DNA from: Macrostomum lignano
Lineage: Eukaryota
Assembly (NCBI GenBank): GCA_002269645.1
Contig: NIVC01002262.1
Span: 158,187-188,710 of the forward strand
Direction of reading: 5' to 3'
Length of the DNA stretch: 30,524 bases
Part shown: one piece after another, positions 14,189 to 24,696 of the stretch
How the letters are laid out: each line of letters begins with the position of its first letter
How positions within the stretch are numbered: the stretch's first letter is position 1
Notes under the pieces: model-generated
Database searches by the model: none
What the model was told of the DNA's origin: nothing
The model's input: the letters and a program-made list of their open reading frames with translations, nothing else
Program-made: the position numbers and the translations under genes

Positions 14189-15383
14189 AAGGCTAAGGTT
14201 AAGGTGAAGGTTAGGGCTAAGGTTAAAGCTACCGCTAAGGCCAAGGCAAGGCTAAGGCAAGTTTAGGGCTAAAGCAAGGCTAAAACAAGGCTAAGGCAAG
14301 GCTAAGGCTAAGGCTACGGCAAAGTTTAACGCAAGGCTAAGGCTACGGCTAAGGCCAAGGCTAAGGCTACGGCTAAAGGTAAGGCTACGGCTAAGGCCAA
14401 GGCTAAGGCTACGGCTAAAGGTAAGGCTACGGCTAAGGCCAAGGCTAAGGCTACGGATAAAGGTAAGGCTACGGCTAAGGCTAAGACTAAGGCTAAAGGT
14501 AAGGCTACGGCTAAGGCCAAGGCTAAGGCTACGGCTAAAGGTAAGGCTACGGCTAAGGCTAAGACTAAGGCTAAAGGTAAGGCTACGGCTAAGGCCAAGG
14601 CTAAGGCTACGGCTAAAGGTAAGGCTACGGCTAAGGCTAAGACTAAGGCTAAAGGTAAGGCTACGGCTAAGGCCAAGGCTAAGGCTACGGCTAAAGGTAA
14701 GGCTACGGCTAAGGCCAAGGCTAAGGCTACGGCTAAAGGTAAGGCTACGGCTAAGGCCAAGGCTAAGGCTACGGATAAAGGTAAGGCTACGGCTAAGGCC
14801 AAGGCTAAGGCTACGGATAAAGGTAAGGCTACGGCTAAGGCTAAGACTAAGGCTAAAGGTAAGGCTACGGCTAAGGCCAAGGCTAAGGCTACGGCTAAAG
14901 GTAAGGCTACGGCTAAGGCCAAGGCTAAGGCTACGGATAAAGGTAAGGCTACGGCTAAGGCTAAGACTAAGGCTAAAGGTAAGGCTACGGCTAAGGCTAA
15001 GACTAAGGCTAAAGGTAAGGCTACGGCTAAGGCCAAGGCTAAGGCTACGGCTAAAGGTAAGGCTACGGCTAAGGCCAAGGCTAAGGCTACGGATAAAGGT
15101 AAGGCTACGGCTAAGGCTAAGACTAAGGCTAAAGGTAAGGCTACGGCTAAGGCTAAGACTAAGGCTAAAGGTAAGGCTGCGGCTAAGGCTAAGACTAAGG
15201 CTAAAGGTAAGGCTACGGCTAAGGCTAAGACTAAGGCTAAAGGTAAGGCTGCGGCTAAGGCTAAGACTAAGGCTAAAGGTAAGGCTACGGCTAAGGCTAA
15301 GACTAAGTCTAAAGGTAAGGCTACGGCTAAGGCTAAGACTAAGGCTAAAGGTAAGGCTACGGCTAAGGCTAAGACTAAGGCTC
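14189..15383. repeat. GGCTAA hexamer satellite organised as 36- and 42-bp higher-order units
   Basis: Units GGCTAA-GGCCAA-GGCTAA-GGCTAC-GGCTAA-AGGTAA-GGCTAC (42 bp) and GGCTAA-GGCTAA-GACTAA-GGCTAA-AGGTAA-GGCTAC (36 bp), with a degenerate left edge. Confidence 0.95.
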
Positions 15384-16064
15384 ATAGCTGCAAAAAACGA
15401 AAGTTTCCTCGCTTTCAACCGCTGCACTCGGATATAAGAAATCCAAAATAATCAGAGGCAGTAAGTTACTGTTTAAGCTTGGAAGAATCAGGCTTAAAAT
15501 TGTGAAATTTTTTAGGAAAAAGGCAGGCCTAGATTACGAGGGAGACTGTATATATTACACTGTAGAATAGGTCGAATAGAGAGGCTCCGGGGAGACTCGA
15601 AAGTAAAAAGCCAATTAGCCATAAAACAGACAGACACAGAATCTGTGCTGGCTGGGCAGCGAAGCCAGAGAGAGAAGAATGCTAGATAGCTAGAGAGATG
15701 TGGGAGATTTTTATGCGAAATATCCTCTCAGCTTGTCCCTAGAGTGCGCGCAGCGGGCACGCACGCAACTAGCGATAAGGCACGGATCCAGTCAGATCTT
15801 CCCAGTGTGCACTATAATAGGCATAACTGTGCCCGCGTATTGTGTCCAATAAAACCAGCGAATAGGGACAAAAACTTCGAGAAAAAAATGTACATTATGC
15901 AACGCAAAAAGCACAAAAAAGTTTTTCAGTTAGCTAACTAAACTGAGTTCATTCCTTTCATCAATAAATATATTCGCCGCTTTTGTGTTTGAAAAGCTCA
16001 AAAATGTCTATCTCGGGGAGTTTTTCTAAGAAACAAAGATTGTGACAATACACTGGCAATACAC

Positions 16065-16881
16065 CAGGGGTCGGCCAACTATAACTTAATGGCCATGCAG
16101 ATAAAGAATCTTCAGTGCATGACTGCGGGCCAGAGAGTGGAGAAGAGAGAAGAGAGGGGAGAAAGGAAAGAGGGGGTATAAGAGAGACGAGAGGGAGAGG
16201 AGGGGAGAGACGAGAGGGGAGAGGAGGGGAGAGAGGAGAGGGAAGAGAGGAGAGGGGAGAGAGGAGAGGGAAGAGAGGAGAGGGAAGAGAGGAGAGGGGA
16301 CGGAATAGGAGGGTAGAGAGTGGAGAAGAGGGAGAGAGGAGATGAAGAGAGGAGAGGGAGAGAGGAGAGGGAAAGAGGAGAGGGAAGAGAGGAGAGGGGA
16401 GAGAGGAGATGAAGAGAGGAGAGGGAGAGAGGAGAGGGAAAGAGGAGAGGGAAGAGAGGAGAGGGGAGAGAGGGGATGGGAGAGAGGAGAGGGAAGAGAG
16501 GAGATGGGAGAGAAGAGAGGGAAGAGAGGAGAGGGGAGAGAGGAGATGAAGAGAGGAGAGGGGAAAGAGGAGATGGGAGAGAGGGGAGATAAGAGAGGAG
16601 AGGAAAGAGAGGAGAGGGGAGAGAGGAGATGGGAGAGAGGGGAGATAAGAGAGGAGAGGGAAGAGAGGAGAGGGGAAAGAGGAGAGGGAGAGAGGAGAGG
16701 GAAGAGAGGAGAGTGGACGGGAGAGGAGGGTAGAGAGTGGAGGGGAGAAAGGGGAGATAAGAGAGGAGAGGAAAGAGAAGGGAGCTGAGAACAGACACAA
16801 GCCTTGAGCAGGCCGGATTGCTACTGTAAAGTTTCAAAGGACCCGAGGGCCGGATAGAGAGGTTCAGTGGGCCGACCCCTG
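16065..16881. mobile_element. Non-autonomous hAT-superfamily DNA transposon (MITE-like)
   Basis: Terminal inverted repeats CAGGGGTCGGCC (15 of 16 matching when extended). Identical 8-bp flanking duplication CAATACAC at 16057-16064 and 16882-16889. An 8-bp TSD with CAG...CTG ends is characteristic of hAT elements. No transposase ORF. Confidence 0.9.
16133..16790. repeat. Purine-rich (GAGAG/GGAGA) low-complexity tract inside the hAT element
   Basis: Read directly. Confidence 0.95.
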
Positions 16882-17442
16882 CAATACACGGACAATAAAC
16901 ACATAGCAAATAAACACACAAGACTGCCACTCAGGCTCCAGTCTGGGGGGTCACTGACCCGTGCACTGCAGATTGGATAGATGGCGCAGTCAGCGAGGAC
17001 TCTGTTGGGAGGGGAGAAGTGGCCAAGACGGCAAGAGCTTCCCCTAAGAGTGAGTGAGAGCATGCAGGAGCTGACAGGCCGGAAAATGAGAGCTGGCACC
17101 GGTTATGATGAGCTGCCAGCTTAGCGAACTCCGCGAGCTACTCGATAGGTTGCTCAACTGCCTGCAAGACATTCGCGCGCCTGAATCGCTTTCATCCGCT
17201 CTCCCTCTTCCTCTCCATCTCTCTTGCGGCTTATCACTGTATCGATTTGCCTGCCGCTTGGGTTGCCAATCGCTTTTAACGGCTTCCCGATCCGGGGCTG
17301 GGCTGGCTGGTTTGCTAGATTCCCAGTCTGATAAACTTCATTTGCCCTTGCAGAGTTTTACCTATACTGCACAGGTCCATGTTGCTAGCTTGACCTGCTC
17401 TCAATCCCCTGCTTTGCGTTTGCCTTTATCCTGTCACTCTAC

Positions 17443-18000
17443 TCTACCTACTGCCCTGTCTACTCCTTTACCCTACTTACTTACTTACTACTGACGGGGG
17501 CTTGCATCTCCACCCTACCTCTCTGCCTTACCTCTCTACCCTACTTCTCTGCTCCACCTCTCTGCCTTACCTCTCTATCCTACTTCTCTGCTCCACCTCT
17601 CTGCCTTACCTCTCTATCCTACTTCTCTGCTCTACTTCTCTGCCTTACCTCTCTATCCTACTTCTCTGCTCTACCTCTCTGCCTTACCTCTCTACCCTAC
17701 TTCTCTGCTCTACCTCTCTGCCTTACCTCTCTACCCTACTTCTCTGCTCTACTTCTCTGCCTTAGCTCTCTACCCTACTTCTCTGCTCTACCTCTCTACC
17801 TTACCTCTCTACCCTACAATCTGCTCTACTTCTCTCCCTTACCTTTCTATCCTACTTCTCTGCCTTACCTCTCTATCCTACTTCTCTGCTCTACCTTTAT
17901 ACTCTACATCTATACCTTGTCTCTCTTCTACCTTAACTCTATACCCTACCCTACCTCTCACCCCTACCTATCTGTCTGCCATTCGAGGCTACCCCTCTAC
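17443..18000. repeat. 39-bp pyrimidine-rich minisatellite CTCTCTGCCTTACCTCTCTATCCTACTTCTCTGCTC(C/T)AC with degenerate edges
   Basis: Regular core at about 17510-17890. The 13-aa periodicity in the ORF track agrees. Confidence 0.92.
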
Positions 18001-19507
18001 CTTTTTCTTAACCCCGCTCAGACGCAAACCCATGGACCATGGATACAAACTAATGGACTCTAACTAAGTTCTCTTATTTTCCTCTCATTTTGTCAGTCTT
18101 TCCTTCTCTCCAAAGAATTATTAAAGCTAACATAGTAAATCTCAGTGCAAAAGTGTACTATTATCAAAGTGAAATTTGCACAAACTTTCTCTAAGTAGGT
18201 TCAACGCACCAGCTTCGTGTCTAGCGTCTGGAGTTCGCCATCCAATCTCAGCTTTTTTTCAGTTTCTAGTGCCCTGGCCTATGCATACATTACTAGCTAG
18301 TTACTAATCATAGTCCAGCACTGCTTGTTCAAAAAGATTGATATCAGGTCCAGCAATGCAAACACAGACTCTGAGCATATTTTATAAACATATTGAAAGC
18401 GGCAAAGTGGACCTTTTCTCACGTTCGAGTAAACAGGATCGCTTGACAAGTGTGCAGAGAGCATCAGCTCACGTGCGCATACAGGAGTCTCTTTCTACAC
18501 CCTATATAAACTTGCTAATAATACACTGCTCACTTGCTCAGCCGAGACCATGTTAATCCCTGCTGTTGATGACGTCACCGCTGCTGGCTGAGTTCGCTGG
18601 TGCTGATTCGGCTTGCCGTCCCGATCAACCGCTGAGCTCCTGCGAAGTCTACGGAGACCGCAGCACGCTTTCATCTTTATATGGGTCTGCTGTCTCTCCC
18701 GCTCTCTCTCTCTCTCTTTCAGCAAACTGGACTGATGGGGCAGCGTTTGGAAGCTGGAAGGCTACTGCTCTCTCTCTCTCTCTGCGTCTGTGTCTCTCTG
18801 TGTGCTGTGCTGTGCGTGCACGCCTGTGTGTCAGCCCTGCCGGTTGCCAATCAATGGGACAGGAGCCCCTGGGGGGGGGGATGGACGCACAAATGGAGTT
18901 GAAGAGAAAAGTAAAAAAAAGGGCAGCAAAATTTAGCGCCTAAAAAACTGCCCGGGCTGGGGGATGCGCCGTCTGGTCCTCGAATGGCGGCGCTCACTTA
19001 TTATTGCGAGCGATCTCTCTCAGACAGTGTGCTGTGTGCGCTCGAATAGCCTCCAGTGAGGGACTGGGGTTGGAAAACAGTCTATATTAACTACTGGTGA
19101 AGAAATTGTCTCCTAAAAGCTGCACATGGAGCTGCTGATCGAGTCTTGACAAAAAAGCGATGCCTGACTTGAATTCAATTCAGCGGCTAGGTGTCTTCTC
19201 CGTCTTGAGATCTGTTAATTTTCCTCTGCTAGACTTTTTTATACACCCAGCTAGCTGACAGGGCCGAAGCTCAGGCCACATGGCACTCCCCCGGTTCCCC
19301 CTTCATGTGCAAGTGAGCGAGAGAGCCAGAGGGAGGGCCTGGCCAAGGTGGAATTGGTCAGAATCCGCTGCGCCGAATCAAATCTAACTTAGAAGAAGTT
19401 TCTCTTCAGTTTAGCTCTTCATCGCACCCCAGAGCCCGGGCACGGCAGATGCGGGCTAACAGTCTCAGAAAGAATCATTTTTAATCAAATTTACACAAAG
19501 CAAATCA

Positions 19508-19522
19508 GTGACGTCACGTGAT
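19508..19522. promoter_or_regulatory. Overlapping CRE (TGACGTCA) and E-box (CACGTG) motif
   Basis: Sequence GTGACGTCACGTGAT. Motif match only; function not shown. Confidence 0.3.
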
Positions 19523-21624
19523 TTTTTCAAGAATCAACAAGAGATAGCGCCCGTACTTTTTGAATGTGCGAAATCGGGTCGCAATTTAACACAGACTACT
19601 ACTGCCAAAAGTGTTAGTAGGGTGAAGCGCATCTACTCAGAAAAAATATAAATAGAATCTCAATTGAAACAATTCACTAATTTCTAATACTAGCATAATT
19701 ATCTTTTATCAAAGGTGGTAGATGTGGCGGACAGTTGTTACATGAATATCACAGGTTTCGGTTCAATAAATTAATGCTACAACAAGTAGGGAGCGATAAA
19801 TGGCATAATAAAATTAATTGTATTAACATAATTTGGCATTTAAAGATTTGAAATTTAATATAGGTGGAATATATAATCGTTGATCTATGCAGAATTTGTA
19901 GAAACTATAAAACCACTGCTGCTACATAGTAAAAATTGAAGGCTTTGCCCTGAAAATTATTAAAGAAAGTATAATACTACTGCCTCGAAAAGATGACACT
20001 GGCACGACAAATGGTTGGAGTAAAGTGTGGGAAACTCAACACAGCTAGGCAATTAAGGATAAGTTGAGTACCAAGGAACTGATTATGTGCTGGTGAGAAC
20101 TTTTATATTAATTGTAAAAAGACATGTTGACTAAGTAATTGTAGAGACTAGACTTCATAATAGCTACCAAAATACTAACATATAAGTAAGCCAATACTCA
20201 AAGCTGCAGACAAGCCATGGCTCTATGCAAAAATTTACATTTGCTGACAAGCTGAAATGTCTTACTTTTGGCCTGCAATTTTAATAGTAGAGAAGAAGGG
20301 ATGATAGAAAGATTGAATAAGCCAGCTCAATTGTAACTCAGTACAAAACTAATGTGTACTTGATTAGTTGGCTGATATTCGTCCATGTTAATAATTTGCA
20401 GTTGGTGCATTTCCACACAAATTAGAATAAAATGAAGGCTAAAATACAATGAATTTCTTACCAATAGAGCTGTCCAGTTTGATGGCATTTTAATGACTTT
20501 GCTCTTGTAGTTTATCTAATAGCATCAGACAATAGGGGAGTCAGACAGCCCTGAAATTTTTGTTGACAAAATTATGAACCACACATAATATTTAAAGGGT
20601 ATTTTAAAGCAGGAAAAATTTTAACAATAATGTTCTATTATATTGTTACAAGCATACTAGCTATAGATGCTTTATTAATATTATATATATAAGCATTCAA
20701 ATTCATGTTTTAGTTCAGTGATATTAAATCTTAAATATATATTTTATAAACAACAACAACTTTTCAGTTTTAACATTTATACACAAAGGCCATAAATAAA
20801 ATTCACCACAACCGTAATAAAGTCAATGAATTATGGATATTATAAAAAATTCTACCATCTTATGTACATAGAACTATCTATCTTTTACTAATAATCAGTT
20901 CAGTGTCATGGAAGCAAGAATCAGACGAGGCATATATTTAATCCAAGTTTTAAAAAATAGTTCTAGGTATTCATTTTGAATAAAAAATTAAATTCAACGC
21001 AATTAGCAATTTTATATGTTAATTAAAAGGCCAACATGCCAGCTACAATTGACCCAACATTTTCTTACAGTTAATAACAGGTAAAGAGGTAAACTTTAAA
21101 TTCTACAGATACAATTACCGTTCCTTTGTAAATACCATCCTGCTTATTTATAATTCTTGGATTCATGGATTGTTATCCTTTGTATAAAGTTCTCGTTCAG
21201 ACCTGTATTCGACTATTTCTTCGATGTTTCTATGATACACGAAATTTCATAAATATTATGAATTGGAAAATAAAGCAGCTTAAATTCAGGCCAGAAACAA
21301 AATTTGAACCTAAAATACAATTAAAAACATAAAAATATAATAGAGAAAACAAAACTGCGTGTTAGCTACTTTTGAACTGAACTATTTGTTTTAAAGTTGT
21401 TTTATCTTTTAATTTAGTAAAAACTTGTTGATAAGTTGCAATGGACACATTCGCCACATGTCGTTCCGCGTCCTACTCGTAATAGAAAGTATCCACTGCA
21501 ATAAAAACTTTTTGCCCTTCTTCCTTTACTGGAAAGAGCATGCATAAAAAAATTGCATAATATAACTCATGGCCATAGCATAAGCTTATCGAGGACCATT
21601 AGGCATTAAACAGAATTGCGTTAC

Positions 21625-21628
21625 AAAA
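21625..21628 (-). terminator. RNA polymerase III terminator (TTTT) for the tRNA gene
   Basis: T4 run 5 nt downstream of the discriminator base on the minus strand. Confidence 0.6.
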
Positions 21629-21633
21629 GTATC

Positions 21634-21707
21634 TGGCCGGGGAGGGGCTCGAACCCTCGACCTTCGCGTTATCAGCACGACGCTCTAACCAACTGAGCTA
21701 CTCGGCC
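21634..21707 (-). tRNA. tRNA-Ile(GAT): tRNA-Ile, anticodon GAT, eukaryote-type, intronless, no encoded CCA
   Basis: Minus-strand sequence GGCCGAGTAGCTCAGTTGGTTAGAGCGTCGTGCTGATAACGCGAAGGTCGAGGGTTCGAGCCCCTCCCCGGCCA folds as a cloverleaf: D stem GCTC/GAGC, anticodon stem TCGTG/CGCGA with loop CT-GAT-AA, T stem GAGGG/CCCTC with TTCGAGC, acceptor stem with one A-C mismatch. A and B boxes intact. Confidence 0.95.
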
Positions 21708-22199
21708 TTGCAAATGCCGACCTTTTTGTATCCGATATATACAATATACGATCATTTCAAATGATTTTAATAATTATTTTAGTTAGTTTGTCTGACAGGT
21801 CGAGCTGTCGAGCAGTTGTTAGTAGCTAGTTACAGCAAACAGCAGCTGAATTGCCTGAATCGACTGCTAGCGTTGCACCACCCTCAGCCTCAGGGAACGA
21901 GTGGCATTCTCTGAGCTGTGTAAACAAATAAAAATAAATGGTGGAAGTCTCGGCTCTGTACAAGCCATAAACAGCCCTCCGCTTCTCGAATAAGCTGTTA
22001 GCTGCATACCTGGCCACTTTTGCAGAGTGTTCAAGCTAGTTCAGACTTTTTCAAACCTTTAAGGTTGTATCTTGAATCCTTAAAGTGGCGCTCAACATGC
22101 CACCAGTGAGTGCCACGTCTAGCGGAATGGGCGCCCGCGCCTTCCCGCTGTGTCCCCTCCGGGACAGCCCTGCAGCTAAGTAAAGAGTGCCACGTCAAC

Positions 22200-22296
22200 C
22201 TGCTGTTCGAGCCAGCTGTCAGCTTCCAAGCCAGCTTAAAGCAGGACGGTCTGGACCATTGCCTGAGAAAATACCGGCCTCTGGCAGTCTGGTAAG
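22200..22296 (-). CDS. Candidate exon (YQTARGRYFLRQWSRPSCFKLAWKLTAGSNS), right minus-strand gene
   Basis: Acceptor (TTG)n-tctttcaag, with a phase-1 start matching exon 22996-23122. The 3' end is uncertain: weak donor CAG|GTTGAC, or read-through to the stop at 22031. Confidence 0.3.
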
Positions 22297-22304
22297 CTTG
22301 AAAG

Positions 22305-22489
22305 ACAACAACAACAACAAACAACAACAACAAACAAACAAAAACAACAACAAAAACAAATAAAGACAACAACAGCAACATCAACAGTACCAACAACAAC
22401 AAAAACAACAAAAACGGCAGCAGTAAGCAATTAGCAACAAGAATAACAGCATCACAGCAACAACAACCACACAACAAAAACAACAAGAC
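22305..22489. repeat. (CAA)n-rich microsatellite
   Basis: Read directly. On the minus strand it forms the T-rich tract upstream of the acceptor at 22297. Confidence 0.92.
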
Positions 22490-22519
22490 AGAATTTTACT
22501 GGAGCGCCACTTCATTTGA

Positions 22520-22910
22520 GCACCAGAGGCGCCAGCACCAGAGGCGCCAGCACCAGAGGCGCCAGCACCAGAGGCGCCAGCACCAGAGGCGCCAGCACCA
22601 GAGGCGCCAGCACCAGAGGCGCCAGCACCAGAGGCGCCAGCACCAGAGGCGCCAGCACCAGAGGCGCCAGCACCAGAGGCGCCAGCACCAGAGGCGCCAG
22701 CACCAGAGGCGCCAGCACCAGAGGCGCCAGCACCAGAGGCGCCAGCACCAGAGGCGCCAGCACCAGAGGCGCCAGCACCAGAGGCGCCAGCACCAGAGGC
22801 GCCAGCACCAGAGGCGCCAGCACCAGAGGCGCCAGCACCAGAGGCGCCAGCACCAGAGGCGCCAGCACCAGAGGCGCCAGCACCAGAGGCGCCAGGACCA
22901 GAGGCGCCAG
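22520..22910. repeat. 15-bp minisatellite GCACCAGAGGCGCCA, about 26 near-perfect copies
   Basis: Only the last copy differs (GGACCAG). Confidence 0.98.
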
Positions 22911-22995
22911 CCGAGAGACTACTGCATGGAACTCCATGGGAATGAAAAGTTCGCATTCTTGAACATTGCCTATACCTGCAGTCTTACAAACAAAC

Positions 22996-23122
22996 CTGTC
23001 ACGGTCAAGGGGCCTGGAATTTCCACCTCCTCTGTAGTCATGCAGCCAGTCGTACTTTGGCTGAAAGTGACAGCCTTTTTCAGCCACAGAGCTTCCGGCA
23101 CAGTTATCTGCACAGTGCTTGA
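22996..23122 (-). CDS. Candidate internal exon (SSTVQITVPEALWLKKAVTFSQSTTGCMTTEEVEIPGPLTVT)
   Basis: Acceptor aattgacaaccacag, donor CAG|GTTTGT, 127 nt. Phase 0 to 1 fits both neighbouring candidate exons. A second frame is also open. Confidence 0.4.
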
Positions 23123-23497
23123 CTGTGGTTGTCAATTCTATATGGCTGCAGTTGCTCCGATAAGATGGCAGCGAAAAAGATTAGTTATTCTGTTTAGAGA
23201 AGTCTCCCTCACTTCGGAGTTACCAAGGATGCTTGGAACTGACTTTTTTCTGGGTATGGAAGCTTTTTACGTTGGAATATACCAATATTGATGGGCTGCA
23301 GAGGGCAGAAATGAGCTATAATGCCGAGGCGTGTTAGTTCGTTTCGGCCCGATGCGGCCCATCCATATTAGTGTTATAGTTAGCGGGCAAAAAACCGCGT
23401 TTCACGGCCCGCTGAGACTGTCTATGGCAAAATCAGAAGACAGCGGGGTCAAGGGCACAGTCACGAGTGCGGGAATGTATAATTCTTGAACGCTTAC

Positions 23498-23697
23498 GAG
23501 TGCGTCAATGGCAAAAGCACGAGTGCGCGAAGTGCGCGAAACGACTGCCACCCCTTTGCAGGCGATCTCTGCCTTGTCCTTGTCCTTTGGATGTTCACGT
23601 GCTTTGATCACAAGCCAATGGCACTGTTTCGACAGCCTAGCATATAGTCCACAATGCTGGGGCTGATCTTGCTCCTCTGCAGCAGTTGCAAATGCAG
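23498..23697 (-). CDS. Candidate internal exon (AFATAAEEQDQPQHCGLYARLSKQCHWLVIKAREHPKDKDKAEIACKGVAVVSRTSRTRAFAIDAL)
   Basis: Acceptor tttggtccag, donor CTC|GTAAGC, 200 nt. Only this minus-strand frame is open across the segment. Ends in phase 0. Confidence 0.5.
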
Positions 23698-23699
23698 CT

Positions 23700-23969
23700 G
23701 GACCAAATTGATGCTTGTTGGACCAAATTGATGCTTGTTGGACCAAATTGATGCTTGTTGGACCAAATTGATGCTTGTTGGACCAAATTGATCCTTGTTG
23801 GACCAAATTGATGCTTGTTGGACCAAATTGATGCTTGTTGGACCAAATTGATGCTTGTTGGACCAAATTGATGCTTGTTGGACCAAATTGATGCTTGTTG
23901 GACCAAATTGATGCTTGTTGGACCAAATTGATGCTTGTTGGACCAAATTGATGCTTGTTGGACTAAATT
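23700..23969. repeat. 20-bp minisatellite GGACCAAATTGATGCTTGTT, about 13 copies
   Basis: Near-perfect tandem units. Confidence 0.97.
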
Positions 23970-24696
23970 AAATGCCGCTGTGCCAGCCTTGCTACCATAG
24001 ACAAAAGCTCCATTGCATTGGCAAACGTATCTCGGATTAAATTCAATGCGCGTAAGCCCAAGAGGGCTGCAAAAAGCTATACGAACTGACATACTTTCAT
24101 AGCTCTGGTAATTTCTGCACTTTTCGATTAGCAAAGCTGTTCATCGTTTGGATATTAAAAACTCTCGGTGGTCTTCTCCATAATTCACAAAATTAATTTG
24201 AAGCAAAATAGAGCTGGGCACACTGTAGCCCATTGTTAATGCGAATACGCCCAGCCTTATAATATATCAATAATTCAATCAGCACATCGCCGTGGAGGTG
24301 GCCCAATATTATAACTGTAAAAATCTGCTATGGATATAATAACTAATCGCTCTGAACCTGCCAATCTTAGTTCTGTCTGCCAGGCAGTAGTTAATTCAGT
24401 TCTGAAGTCTGAAGCTTTTAAATAGATTGCTAAAACTCTGTTCGCAGTCCTGGCTTCATCAGACAGTCTCACCCACAGAATATATTCTGTGGCCTCACCT
24501 GAACATTAATTATTCCTCTTCGATGGCATTATTCGAGCCAACTTGGACGGGATAAAAAACTCTGGCTTCAGCTTAAAAAGCTCGTGTGAAAGATCATTAG
24601 TATAGCATTGCTTTGATATTCGCCTGAGCGAAATATTTCTCACGGTAGTTGATCTTTGTTGAAGGTAACTCATCTGCTACCCCAGCTTCCAGCTTT

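Noticed and set aside
14291-15427. Leu/Ser-rich and Ala/Leu-rich ORFs, and a telomere-like appearance
   Set aside because: Hexamer satellite translations. The unit (TAAGGC/TTAGCC) is neither TTAGGG nor the nematode TTAGGC.
17105-17494. ORF starting SELRELLDRLLNCLQDIR (coiled-coil or LINE ORF1-like)
   Set aside because: No splice or homology support, and it runs into a pyrimidine repeat.
22108-22196. 12-bp direct repeat GAGTGCCACGTC, 77 bp apart
   Set aside because: Too short, with no TIRs between the copies; compatible with chance or a small local duplication.
22520-22910. CTCF-like motif in the 15-mer (CACCAGAGGCGC)
   Set aside because: One G short of the CCACCAGRGGGCGC core spacing, so not a consensus match.
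22381-22956. Silk-like (GAGAS)n ORF
   Set aside because: The 15-bp unit is essentially invariant with no synonymous changes and is open in multiple frames on both strands, which fits a minisatellite.
23990-24075. LTRIEFNPRYVCQCN resembling the PRYxxxN motif of VPS13 repeats
   Set aside because: The spacing differs, the donor is poor and the match is too short to call.
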